Source: an uncultured Verrucomicrobiota bacterium
Lineage (GTDB): Bacteria > Verrucomicrobiota > Verrucomicrobiia > Limisphaerales > J093
Direction: 5' to 3'
NCBI GenBank assembly: GCA_964466945.1
Contig: CAYXPA010000009.1
Span: 37 to 64,036 of the forward strand
DNA length: 64,000 nt
Made by a program: the position numbers and the translations under genes. Every line of letters begins with the position of its first letter. The first letter of the stretch is position 1. Of the stretch, positions 55,073-64,000 are shown one piece after another. Under the pieces are notes generated by a model that was not told the origin of the DNA, did not search any database, and saw only the letters and a list, made by a program, of their open reading frames with translations.

Positions 55073-55237
55073 ATGCCGAAATCCCTCCAAAGCATCACCG
55101 ACGTCATCCGCAATCCCAAACACCCGTTCCGTCAAGTGGATGACCGGCCGGACAAACCCAAAAAGCACCGCTACGAGCGGCGGAAGATCCGCGAAATCCT
55201 CCGGTTCGGTGACTGGTCTCAGGAAACGGCGACTTGA
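55073..55237 (+). CDS. Small basic hypothetical protein (54 aa)
   Basis: ATG preceded by AAGGTGAAG. High GC3 codon usage. Lys/Arg-rich sequence MPKSLQSITDVIRNPKHPFRQVDDRPDKPKKHRYERRKIREILRF. I recognise no homology. Confidence 0.5.
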   Translation: MPKSLQSITDVIRNPKHPFRQVDDRPDKPKKHRYERRKIREILRFGDWSQETAT

Positions 55238-55730
55238 CCCCACTCATCCGGTAACCCACGCACTGTCCTGAATACGCCCGCTCGCGGTGCCCGGTTCTGG
55301 CGGGGGCGGTCAGAGTCAGAGTGTCGCCTCAATCGCCCGGGCCCTTGTACGCGATGATCCATCCAGGATGCCCGGGGTTTCCGCCGTCACAGCGTCTGTG
55401 AGTCGGCGATCCGGCTGGATCTGCTTGGTTCCAGCGGTGGGATGGCCGGCCAAGGCCAAAGACTGGCCGGTGGATTGCGTCATTGGTCCTCCCGACCTGA
55501 GGCGTGGATGGGTAGCAAGCCGGAGTTACTACCCCGGCATGGCGAAACATCCGACGAAGCGCCGATGGTAACCGGCTTTTTGAGCTTCTCTCGCGCCAAA
55601 CGCCGACGAGGAGCGCCAGCGGTCTCCGGGTGCCCGAGTCGCAGCACTGGCGGGCTCGGGGAGTGGCCGTGGCAGACGGACTAAAAGTCCGGGCTTGCTC
55701 CGACGGCGGTCTGGTGACATTCTTGCGACA

Positions 55731-58700
55731 GTGAAGGCGGCCCCACGTTTCACCCAAGCCTCTGGCGTCGAAGTTTTTACCGGGAATGAACTCCTGGTCA
55801 AAGGCTGTTTGGAGGTCGAAGGTGGCACCCACCTCTGGACCGGGTATCCCGGCTCACCGGTGGCGGGGTTCTTCGACACCGCCCACGAGATCGGCGACCT
55901 GCTCCAAGCGCATGGCATCCGCGCCACGATGGCCAACAACGAGGCCCTGGCCGCGGCGATGGTCAACGGCTCGCAGATGCACGGTTTGCGGGCGATCAGC
56001 GTGCAGAAAAGTGTGGGCGTGCATGTGGCGGCGGACGCCCTGGCGTTGGGCAATCTGGTGGGCGCCCACCCGGAAGGCGGTGCGGTGATCGTGCTGGGAG
56101 ACGACCCGTGGAGCGATTCGACCCAGGTGCCGGCGGATTCGCGTTACATCGCCAAGCACCTGATGCTCCCGGTGCTCGAGCCCAGCGACGCCCAGGAACT
56201 GAAGGACTGGATCAACCTGGCCTTCAAGCTTTCGCGCGAAAGCGAGTTGTACATCGGCTACCTGGTCACCACCAACCAGGCCGACGGCGGCGGCTCGGTC
56301 GAGGTGCGGCCCAACCAGTTCCCCGCGGTCAACACCCGCAACCAGTTCACGCTCGACACCGCGAGCATTGACCTCGAGCGCAACGTGCTCTTGCCGCCGC
56401 GCACCTGGCGCAAGGAGCAGCAAATCCACGAACGGTTCGAGCGGCTCTGGGCGAGCGCGCGCCGTCACGCCGCCCACCGCGTCGAACCGGCCCGCACGGA
56501 CACCAACGCACAGGCGCGCCTGGGTTTCGTGACCTCGGCGGCCGCGTATTGCTACCTGCGGCACGCCCTGGCCGAGCTGGGGCTGGATGGGCACTTTCCC
56601 ATCCTCAAAGTGGGTGTCACCTATCCGCTTGATCCGGCCTTGATCACCGAATTCGCCACCGGGCTGCGGAGCTTGTACGTCATCGAGGAGCGGCGCGGCT
56701 TCCTCGAAGAACAGGTGGTGGAAATCCTCCATCGCGCACGACAGACCGCCGACCACGAGTCGCGCCCGCTGCCGGCGGAGGTGTGGGGCAAGGTCTTTCC
56801 GCTGGGACTGCGGGGCATCCCCGAGGCCCGCGGCCTCAACCCCAGCAAATTGATCGGCCGGCTGGGGCCGCTGTTTTTGAGCCTGCCCGAGCTGCGCGGC
56901 CGTTTCGACGAACGCCGCGTGCGCGCCGAATTGGACCTGCTGGCGGAGGTCCGGTCGCGCAAAGTCCACCTGGCCCCGCGCACGCCCACCTTCTGTCCGG
57001 GTTGCCCGCACCGCGACTCGGCCAGCGTGCTGCTCGAGATCAAGCGGCAGTTCCGCAACCCCGAGTACATGCGCCGCGTGCACGGCGCCGAGCCGGTGGA
57101 TCTGGTCTTTCACGGGGACACCGGCTGCTACACGATGCTCATGTTCGAGCCCACCAAGGACCTCATGCACAACTACTCGGGCATGGGGCTGGGCGGCGGC
57201 ACCGGGGCGGGCATTGACCCGTTCATCCGCAACAAACAGGTCGTGTTCATGGGGGACTCGACCTTCTTCCACAGCGGGCTGATCGCCATTTCCAACTCGC
57301 TCAAAAACGGCCAGGACATCACCTACATCATCCTGGACAACAAGACCACCGCCATGACCGGGCACCAGACCACGCCCGCGCTGGAGGAAGGTCTGAGCGG
57401 CGAAAAGACCTTTGCGCAGAACATTGACGCCATTATCGCCGGGATCACCGACCAGGCGCGCACCGGCGCCACGGTCGTGCGGGTCAACCCCGCCGAGGTC
57501 GCCAGCTACCGCGCCCTATTGGAAAAGACGATCCTCCAGGACGGCGTGAAGGTGGTCGTGGCCGACAAGGAATGCGGCATCACCTTCCATCGGCGGGCGG
57601 CCCGGGAGGAGCGGCGGCAACTGCGCCAGCACGGCTTCCTGCCCCGCAAGCGCTTCATCAACATCACCGCCGAGGTCTGCGAAAACTGCCTCGAGTGCAC
57701 CCGGGCCACCGGCTGCCCGGGCCTGACCTTTCACGACACGCCCTACGGCCGCAAAGTCCAGACCGACCTGTCCTGGTGCGTGGCCGACGGTGCTTGCACC
57801 CGCTTCGAGGTGGCGCCCGACCCCGCCGGGCCCCGGGTCAAAGCCTGTCCGTCCTTCGAGGAAATCCTCATCACCCGCAAGCAACGTCCGCCCGCGCCAC
57901 TCGAGCAACTGGACTTCCGCCGCCTGCCCGTGCCGGAAGTGCCGCGCTTGGACCGCGTCTGGCGGGGTTACCTGGCCGGGGTCGGCGGCATGGGCATCGG
58001 CACGGCCACGGCCATCCTCGTCCTGGCCGGCCACCGCGAGGGTTACCGCATCCTGTACTGCGACAAGAAGGGGCTGGCGATTCGCAACGGCGGTGTCTAT
58101 TCGATGATCACCTACGCCCCGCCCGGCGCGCCGTACACCTCGAATTTGATCCCGTACGGCAAGGCGGATTTGCTGGTGGGCGTGGACGTGCTCGAGGCGG
58201 CGCGGGCGCTGGACCCCTCCACCAACCAGCGCGTGGGCAGCCGGCAGCACACGGCCGTGGTGGTCAACACCCACAAGACCCCCACCATCCTGACCCTGCT
58301 GGGCAAGGACGACTTCGAGGTGGCGCGCCTCGAGAGCTTCCTGCGCGAAAACACCCGCCGCGACGCCTACTTCAGCGCCGATGTCTCACGGCTGTCCGAG
58401 CGGTTCTTCGGCACCCAGCTCTACGCAAACATCATGATGCTCGGCGCGGCCTACCAACGCGGGCTCATCCCCCTGAGCCTGGCCAGCCTCGAATGGGCCA
58501 TCCAGTCCGGCCTGGGCGCGGCCGCCGGGGAAAACCTCAAGGCCTTTCAGCTCGGCCGTTACCTTGCCCACGACCCGGCCGCCGTCCAGGCCATCGCCGG
58601 AGAGTTCCGCGAACCCCGCACCCTGTCCGAAGTGCTGGCGGACAAGGTCGCCATCCTTGGCCGGCAACGCGGCGGGAGCTCCCTGGCCCGCGACTACGAG

Positions 58701-59387
58701 GAACTGGTGCGGCACAGCGTCGGCGACCTGCCCGAGGACGACGTGTTGCGTGGAGATTTTGCCCGACGAGTGTACGACCTTGTCCAATTTGAAGACCTGG
58801 CCTACGCCCGGCGCTACGTCGAACTGGTTCGCCGCGTGAGCCGGGCCGACCGCGCCGAACACCAGCACGCCGCGACCCGGGCCGTGATCTGGAACCTCCA
58901 CAAGGTGATGGCCATCAAGGACGAGGTCTATGTGGCCCACCTGCTCACCAGCGAGGAAAAACGCCGTGCCGACCGGGCCCGTTACCAAGTGGACCCCGCC
59001 CGCGGCGACCGCATCCGGTACCGGCACCTGAACCGCCCGCAGTTCACCCTGCTGGGCCGCGAAATCGCCTGGGACATGAAGACCCGCGACTGGATGCTGC
59101 ACCTGGTCAGGCGCATGAAATGGCTGCGCCGCGTCCTGCCCGACTGGCACCGGCCCGAGAAGGAATTTCGCGACTGGTACGCGGACGTCGTGGCCCGTTT
59201 CCCCGAGTGGGCCGGCGACCCGGCGCTGTACGCCCGGGCCGTGCGCGTGCTGCAACTGCCCGAGTCGGTCACCGGCTACCGCGAAATCCGCTATCCCAAA
59301 ATGGCCGCCGCCCGGGAGCAGGGCGAGCGTTGGCTGGCCGAGCTGGCCGCTCCCCGCCCTGCCGAGCCGGCCCTGGCGGCCGCTTGA
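55731..59387 (+). CDS. Indolepyruvate:ferredoxin oxidoreductase family protein (fused alpha/beta form)
   Basis: About 1218 aa. N-terminal FTGNELLVKGCLE...GYPGSP, a TPP-binding region (GDSTFFHSG), a ferredoxin-like Cys block (CENCLECTRATGCPG) and a C-terminal gamma-like domain. The start is uncertain: GTG at 55731 or TTG at 55695. Confidence 0.9.
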   Translation: MKAAPRFTQASGVEVFTGNELLVKGCLEVEGGTHLWTGYPGSPVAGFFDTAHEIGDLLQAHGIRATMANNEALAAAMVNGSQMHGLRAISVQKSVGVHVAADALALGNLVGAHPEGGAVIVLGDDPWSDSTQVPADSRYIAKHLMLPVLEPSDAQELKDWINLAFKLSRESELYIGYLVTTNQADGGGSVEVRPNQFPAVNTRNQFTLDTASIDLERNVLLPPRTWRKEQQIHERFERLWASARRHAAHRVEPARTDTNAQARLGFVTSAAAYCYLRHALAELGLDGHFPILKVGVTYPLDPALITEFATGLRSLYVIEERRGFLEEQVVEILHRARQTADHESRPLPAEVWGKVFPLGLRGIPEARGLNPSKLIGRLGPLFLSLPELRGRFDERRVRAELDLLAEVRSRKVHLAPRTPTFCPGCPHRDSASVLLEIKRQFRNPEYMRRVHGAEPVDLVFHGDTGCYTMLMFEPTKDLMHNYSGMGLGGGTGAGIDPFIRNKQVVFMGDSTFFHSGLIAISNSLKNGQDITYIILDNKTTAMTGHQTTPALEEGLSGEKTFAQNIDAIIAGITDQARTGATVVRVNPAEVASYRALLEKTILQDGVKVVVADKECGITFHRRAAREERRQLRQHGFLPRKRFINITAEVCENCLECTRATGCPGLTFHDTPYGRKVQTDLSWCVADGACTRFEVAPDPAGPRVKACPSFEEILITRKQRPPAPLEQLDFRRLPVPEVPRLDRVWRGYLAGVGGMGIGTATAILVLAGHREGYRILYCDKKGLAIRNGGVYSMITYAPPGAPYTSNLIPYGKADLLVGVDVLEAARALDPSTNQRVGSRQHTAVVVNTHKTPTILTLLGKDDFEVARLESFLRENTRRDAYFSADVSRLSERFFGTQLYANIMMLGAAYQRGLIPLSLASLEWAIQSGLGAAAGENLKAFQLGRYLAHDPAAVQAIAGEFREPRTLSEVLADKVAILGRQRGGSSLARDYEELVRHSVGDLPEDDVLRGDFARRVYDLVQFEDLAYARRYVELVRRVSRADRAEHQHAATRAVIWNLHKVMAIKDEVYVAHLLTSEEKRRADRARYQVDPARGDRIRYRHLNRPQFTLLGREIAWDMKTRDWMLHLVRRMKWLRRVLPDWHRPEKEFRDWYADVVARFPEWAGDPALYARAVRVLQLPESVTGYREIRYPKMAAAREQGERWLAELAAPRPAEPALAAA

Positions 59388-59470
59388 GCGGGAGGCAAGT
59401 TTCCCGGCCGCGCCACGGCCCGGCGAAAAAGTTGGGATGGACAAGTCGGCGCCGGGGACTAAAGTGGCCT

Positions 59471-59486
59471 TGGCGTTGAAGTTGCT
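59471..59486 (+). promoter_or_regulatory. Sigma-54-type -24/-12 promoter upstream of an orphan sigma-54 activator gene
   Basis: TGGCGT-TGAAG-TTGCT with consensus spacing. It is intergenic and lies about 168 nt upstream of the GTG start at 59654. Confidence 0.5.
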
Positions 59487-59653
59487 AGGCAAATCGCGCG
59501 CCCTGAACGAAGTCCGGGCGCAGGCGTCGCAGCGAGTGTAACTCCAACGGGGAACCCGTTCGCTCCGCCCACCGGGATGAAGGGACTTCACAACACGTTT
59601 TTCCAGGGAACGCCCGGCCAAGGGTTGGCCGGGACGGCGACCTGTCTGCTGCC

Positions 59654-61069
59654 GTGAAACATCGTGTCCTGATCATTGACGACGACGCGCAACTCCGGGA
59701 ACTGGTGCGCGACTACCTGGCCCCGGCCGGCCACGAGGTCCTTTTCGCCGGCAGCGCCCGGGACATCCGCCAGCAATCTGACCAGAGCGAGCCGGACGTC
59801 ATCCTGTTGGATTGGCGCCTGCCGGATGCCGACGGCTTGGAGTTGCTGCCCGAACTCAAGGACCGCTGGCCCACCAGCGAGGTGATCTTCGTCACCGGCT
59901 TCGCCTCCTTCGACACCGCGGTGGAGGCGGTCAAACGCGGGGCCTTTCACTTCCTGAGCAAACCTTTCGCGCTGGAATTGCTCGGCCCGTTGCTCGAGCG
60001 GGCCTGCGAACACCGCCTGCTCCACACCCGGGCCGACACCTTCGAGCGCGCCCTCCAAAACCTCCAGCAACGCCCGCCCCCGGTCTTCCGCAGCGCCACG
60101 TCCGTGGCCCTGCTGCACCTGGTCGAGCGCGTGGCCGCCAGCGATGCCCCGGTCCTCATCACCGGCGAAAGCGGCACCGGCAAAGAAGTCGTGGCCGACC
60201 TCATCCACGCCCTGAGTGCCCGCGCCGGGCAGCCGTTTGTGAAGGTCAACTGCGCCGCGCTGCCCCGCGAATTGTTCGAGAGCGAACTCTTCGGCGCCGT
60301 GCGCGGCGCCTACACCGGCGCCGAAACGGACCGGGACGGGCTCTTCAAGCAGGCCGCCGACGGCTCGATCCTGCTGGACGAGATCACCGAGATGCCCTTG
60401 GAAACCCAGGCCAAACTCCTGCGGGTCCTCCAGGAACGCCTCTACCGGCCGGTGGGCGGCCGGACCACTTACCCGCTGCGCTGCCGGGTCATGGCCACCA
60501 CCAACCGCCGCGTCGAGGACGCCCTGCGCGAGCGCCACCTGCGCGCGGACCTCTACTACCGGCTGAGCGTGCTCACCGTGCACCTGCCGCCGCTGCGCGA
60601 GCGCCGGGAGGACATCCTGCCCCTGGCCATGACCTTCCTGCGGCGCTTCGCCGCCCAGGCCGGTCGCGCCATCACCGGCTTCGACCCCGAGGCCACTCGC
60701 GCCCTCGTCGCGTCGGACTGGCCGGGCAACGTCCGCCAACTGGAAAATGAAATCCAGCGCGCGGTGCTGTTGTGCGACCGGAATCAAATCCGCCTCGAAG
60801 ACCTGCACTGTCCGGCGCCCTCGCCCGCCACCCCGCCGGCGCAACCCACCACCATCGAGGACATGGTGCGGCTGATGATCCTCCAAGCCCTGCAGCGCCA
60901 CCGGGGCAACCGCACCGCCGCGGCCCGCGAGCTGGGCATTGACCCCAGCACCCTCTTCCGCCGCCTCCGGGCCTACGGCCTCAGCGGCAAAAACGGTCGT
61001 TTCAAAATCCCGTCCGACCTCGACGGCCAGAACATTCAGAGCGACCCCGCCGGGCCCCGGCTCAATTGA
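59654..61069 (+). CDS. Sigma-54-dependent response regulator (NtrC family), with no adjacent kinase
   Basis: 471 aa. REC (VLIIDDD...VILLDWRLPDADG), Walker A GESGTGKE, the GAYTGA loop, WPGNVRQLEN, and a Fis-type HTH (GNRTAAARELGIDPSTLFRRL). Confidence 0.93.
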   Translation: MKHRVLIIDDDAQLRELVRDYLAPAGHEVLFAGSARDIRQQSDQSEPDVILLDWRLPDADGLELLPELKDRWPTSEVIFVTGFASFDTAVEAVKRGAFHFLSKPFALELLGPLLERACEHRLLHTRADTFERALQNLQQRPPPVFRSATSVALLHLVERVAASDAPVLITGESGTGKEVVADLIHALSARAGQPFVKVNCAALPRELFESELFGAVRGAYTGAETDRDGLFKQAADGSILLDEITEMPLETQAKLLRVLQERLYRPVGGRTTYPLRCRVMATTNRRVEDALRERHLRADLYYRLSVLTVHLPPLRERREDILPLAMTFLRRFAAQAGRAITGFDPEATRALVASDWPGNVRQLENEIQRAVLLCDRNQIRLEDLHCPAPSPATPPAQPTTIEDMVRLMILQALQRHRGNRTAAARELGIDPSTLFRRLRAYGLSGKNGRFKIPSDLDGQNIQSDPAGPRLN

Positions 61070-61098
61070 CCCCGGCCCGCCGCCGGCGTTGCCCGCCC

Positions 61099-64000
61099 TC
61101 AGGCGCCCGCCGCGGCATCCGCCGGCTGCCGGGACCAACGCCGCGCCGGCCGCGCCGGCAGGGACTGGTCCACCACCGGCAGGTAGGCCCCCGGCCCGCA
61201 AAGCGCGTCCACGGCCCGTTGCAATTCGAGCGAGGGCCGCACGTGGAATTCCGCGGCGGTCTGGATGTACACGCGCTCCCCACCGGGCAACACGGCGCAC
61301 AAGAACAACGGCGTGCGTCCGCGGTGGGCCAGCACCAGATCGCGCACCGCCAGCAACGTGTCGGCGGTGAGCCTGTCCGCGCGCAACCGCACGTGCACCT
61401 GGCTGGTCAACTGGCGGGGCGCTTCCTCCAGCGGCAGGACCTCGAGGGGGAAAATCTTCGGCCGTTCGTCGCTCAGGTTGACTTCCCCGGTCACCAGGAG
61501 CGCGGCGCCCACGTGAAGCAGCTCGCGGAAATTGTCAAACGTTTCGCCGGTCAACAGCACCTGCACGCTGCCTTCGAGGTCCTCGAGCGTGGCCAGGGCG
61601 TAAGGCCGGCCGGTCTTCTTGGCGACGCCCGTCTGGACCGCGGTCACCAGGCCGCCCAGGCGGGTGATGGTGCGGTTGGGCAGGGTGGCCAGTTTGGCCG
61701 TGTCGCTGTGCGCATAGCGGCGCAACACCGGCTCGAAGGGCGCCAGCGGATGGCCGGTCACGTAAAACCCCAGCAACTCGCGCTCGGCCGTCAGGCGCTC
61801 GGCAGCGGGCCACTCGGGCACGCGCACCGGCAATTCCGCGGGCGGCTCCGCCGAGCCCTGCAGGAGGTCCAGCAGTGAGGTCTGGCCGCTGGCCCGGTCC
61901 TGCGCGCGGCGGGCGGCGCGGGCCAGCACGCGTTCGAGCGCGGCCCAGAGCGTGGCGCGCGTTTCCCCGAAGCCATCGCAGGCGCCGGAGCGGATGAGCG
62001 CCTCGATAACCTTGCGGTTAACCGCCCGGGTGTCCACGCGCTCGCAAAAGTCCTGCAGCGAACGGAACGGGCCGCCCGCCTGCCGGGCGGCAAGGATGGC
62101 CTCGACCGCCACCTCGCCCACGCCCTTGATGGCGGCCAGCCCGAAGCGGATGGCGCCCGCGCCGTCCGGGCCGCCCGCCGCAGGCGCCGGGGCGAAGTAC
62201 AGGCCGCTCTCGTTCACGTCCGGACCGAGGACCGCGATGCCCAGGGCGCGGGCCTCGGCGATGTATTCGCCCAGTTTGTCCGTGTCCGCGCGGTCGTTGG
62301 TCATGATCGCGCAGAAGAACTCGACCGGGTAGTTGGCCTTGAGGTAGGCGGTCTGGTAGGCCACCACCGCGTAGGCGGCGGCGTGGGACTTGTTGAAGCC
62401 GTACTCGGCGAACTCCTCGAGCAAATCGAAAATGGCGTTGGCCTCGGGCTCGGGAATCCGGTTCACCGCCGCGCACCCGGCCACGAACACGGCGCGTTGC
62501 TTGGCCATTTCCTCCTTGTTCTTCTTGCCCATCGCCCGGCGCAAGAGGTCCGCGCCGCCCAGCGTGTAGCCGGCCAGCACCCGGGCGGCCTGCATGACCT
62601 GTTCCTGGTACACGAGGATGCCGTAGGTCTCCCGGCAGATCGGCTCCAGGAGCGGGTGCTTGTACTCGATGCGCACCTGACCGTGCCGCCGGGCGATGTA
62701 ATCGGGGATGAGCTTCATCGGGCCCGGCCGGAACAGGGCGATGAGCGCGGTGATGTGGTCCAGCGAACTGATCTGGAACTTGCGGCACAGGTCGCGCATG
62801 CCGCCGGATTCCAGTTGGAACACGCCCAGGGTTTGGGCCTGGTTGAGCAGGGCGTAGGTCCGGGGGTCATCGGCGGGCAGATGCTCGATGGGGACCTCGA
62901 TCCCGCGGGTCTGCCGCACCAGCGCGCAGGTGTTGCGGATGACCGTCAGGGTTTTGAGCCCCAGGAAGTCCATTTTCAGCAGTCCCAGGTCGCCCACCGG
63001 GCCCATGGCGTACTGGGTGACCACGCTGCCGTCTTCGGCCTGGCGCAGGGGCAGGAGGTTGGCCAAGGGCTCGGGGCCGATGACCACGCCGGCAGCGTGG
63101 ACCGAGGCGTTGCGGGCGCAGTCCTCGAGCACCAGCGCGTTGTCCACCAGCTCGCGGATTTGCTCGCTGGAGGTGTAGGCGTCCCGCAAATCAGGCGAGA
63201 CCTGGAGGGCCTTGGCCAGGTAGGAGGTTTCCCCCTCCTCGAGCCGGAGGTCGGCGGGGATGGCCCGGGCCAGCTTGTCGCACTCGCCGAAACTCAGGCC
63301 CATCACCCGGCCCACGTCGCGCACGACCGATTTGGCTCCCATCGTGCCGAAGGTGATGATCTGGGCCACGCACTCGCGGCCGTACTTCTGGCGCACGTAC
63401 TCGATGACCTCCGCCCGGCGGTCGTCCGCGAAGTCAATGTCAATGTCCGGCGGGTTCACCCGCTCCGGGTTCAGAAACCGCTCGAAGAGCAGGCCGAAGC
63501 GGATGGGGTCCACGTTGGAGATCTCGAGCAGGTAAGTGACCAGCGAGCCGGCCGCCGAGCCGCGCGCCACGCAGGCAATGCCGCGCTGGCGGCCGTAGCG
63601 CACGAAGTCGTCCACGATCAGGAAGTACGAGACAAACCCCGTTTTCTCGATGACCTGCAATTCGAGGTCCAGCCGCTCGAGCACGGTTCGGAGACGGGTG
63701 TCGGTGTCCGCGCCGCCGTTGCCCTCGGGTGGCACGGGCAGGCGGTCGGGTTCGTCCACGCCCTCGACCACGAACCGGTCGTCCTCGACCCGCGCCCGGA
63801 TGGTGTAACGCCGGTGCAGGCCCTCGGCGAGCAACTGCCGCAGGTACGTCCCGGCCGTCAGGCCCGCCGGCGGTTGGAAGACCGGGTAGTGCAGGCGGCC
63901 GAACCGGAGGTCCAACTGGCAACGCTCGGCGATCTCGAGCGTGGCGCGCAGCGCCTCCGGCACCTCGAGGAACAACGCCGCCATCTCCTCGGCCGAGCGC
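61099..64000 (-). CDS. dnaE: DNA polymerase III alpha subunit (3-prime partial; the N-terminus lies beyond the window)
   Basis: Continuous frame to the window edge. Blocks GLLKMDFLGLKTLT, FRPGPM, GFNKSHAAAY, an OB-fold region and a tail. The first Met in the track ORF is internal. Confidence 0.96.
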   Translation of the reverse strand, partial: RSAEEMAALFLEVPEALRATLEIAERCQLDLRFGRLHYPVFQPPAGLTAGTYLRQLLAEGLHRRYTIRARVEDDRFVVEGVDEPDRLPVPPEGNGGADTDTRLRTVLERLDLELQVIEKTGFVSYFLIVDDFVRYGRQRGIACVARGSAAGSLVTYLLEISNVDPIRFGLLFERFLNPERVNPPDIDIDFADDRRAEVIEYVRQKYGRECVAQIITFGTMGAKSVVRDVGRVMGLSFGECDKLARAIPADLRLEEGETSYLAKALQVSPDLRDAYTSSEQIRELVDNALVLEDCARNASVHAAGVVIGPEPLANLLPLRQAEDGSVVTQYAMGPVGDLGLLKMDFLGLKTLTVIRNTCALVRQTRGIEVPIEHLPADDPRTYALLNQAQTLGVFQLESGGMRDLCRKFQISSLDHITALIALFRPGPMKLIPDYIARRHGQVRIEYKHPLLEPICRETYGILVYQEQVMQAARVLAGYTLGGADLLRRAMGKKNKEEMAKQRAVFVAGCAAVNRIPEPEANAIFDLLEEFAEYGFNKSHAAAYAVVAYQTAYLKANYPVEFFCAIMTNDRADTDKLGEYIAEARALGIAVLGPDVNESGLYFAPAPAAGGPDGAGAIRFGLAAIKGVGEVAVEAILAARQAGGPFRSLQDFCERVDTRAVNRKVIEALIRSGACDGFGETRATLWAALERVLARAARRAQDRASGQTSLLDLLQGSAEPPAELPVRVPEWPAAERLTAERELLGFYVTGHPLAPFEPVLRRYAHSDTAKLATLPNRTITRLGGLVTAVQTGVAKKTGRPYALATLEDLEGSVQVLLTGETFDNFRELLHVGAALLVTGEVNLSDERPKIFPLEVLPLEEAPRQLTSQVHVRLRADRLTADTLLAVRDLVLAHRGRTPLFLCAVLPGGERVYIQTAAEFHVRPSLELQRAVDALCGPGAYLPVVDQSLPARPARRWSRQPADAAAGA

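Noticed and set aside
55712-55726. Sigma-54-like motif TGGTGACATTCTTGC just before the oxidoreductase gene
   Set aside because: The spacing is correct, but the -24 element is poor (TGGTGA). The motif ends only 5 nt before the preferred GTG start, inside the alternative TTG-initiated frame, so a transcript from it could not include the start codon. It is most likely a chance match.
55854-61300. Long minus-strand ORFs 55854-57365, 57516-58274, 58386-59621 and 59588-61300
   Set aside because: They are antisense to the oxidoreductase and the second sigma-54 regulator and have no motifs. These are high-GC artefacts.

Overview
Very GC-rich chromosomal segment. Its gene content points to the PVC superphylum, probably Verrucomicrobiota-like: two PEP-CTERM-tailed proteins, DUF1080 and DUF1573 domains, dockerin-like repeats, CHASE2 and sigma-54 signalling, and many exported proteins. 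This taxonomic call is an inference from protein motifs only. I support about 45 protein-coding genes and recognised no rRNA, tRNA, CRISPR array or intact transposase. Housekeeping blocks: nuoA-B-C-D preceded by a small co-oriented ORF, rpsB-tsf, hisC, a tRNA-dihydrouridine synthase, a fused indolepyruvate:ferredoxin oxidoreductase, and the 3-prime two-thirds of dnaE, which runs off the right edge. Accessory blocks: an arsR-arsC-arsM-acr3 arsenic operon; a sugar cluster (TIM-barrel isomerase/epimerase, xylB, DUF1080-PHP fusion, ROK kinase, glutaminase-like glycoside-hydrolase-type protein); an S8 peptidase; a CocE/NonD hydrolase; an NCS2 purine permease; and a DUF4143 AAA ATPase next to a stump of a restriction-type helicase. 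The most interesting locus is 12.3-24.5 kb on the minus strand. A CHASE2 hybrid histidine kinase and an NtrC-type sigma-54 activator sit directly upstream of three exported proteins of unknown function: a duplicated PPC-like/Ig-like protein, a protein ending in a 102-bp-period Asp/His-rich tandem repeat, and a 1188-aa FecR-TPR-outer-membrane-barrel fusion. I found two sigma-54-type -24/-12 promoters there, each preceded at enhancer distance by the same TGTTCC-N6-GGAACA dyad. This looks like a self-contained, uncharacterised envelope or secreted-protein regulon. Second, a roughly 135-146-bp palindromic MITE/REP-like element with GTAGCGCAG...CTGCGCTAC termini occurs four times at three intergenic loci, once inside the ars operon. 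The high GC content produces many long antisense shadow ORFs (up to 1296 aa), which I rejected. All calls rest on reading the translated ORFs and the DNA by eye. No database search was run.
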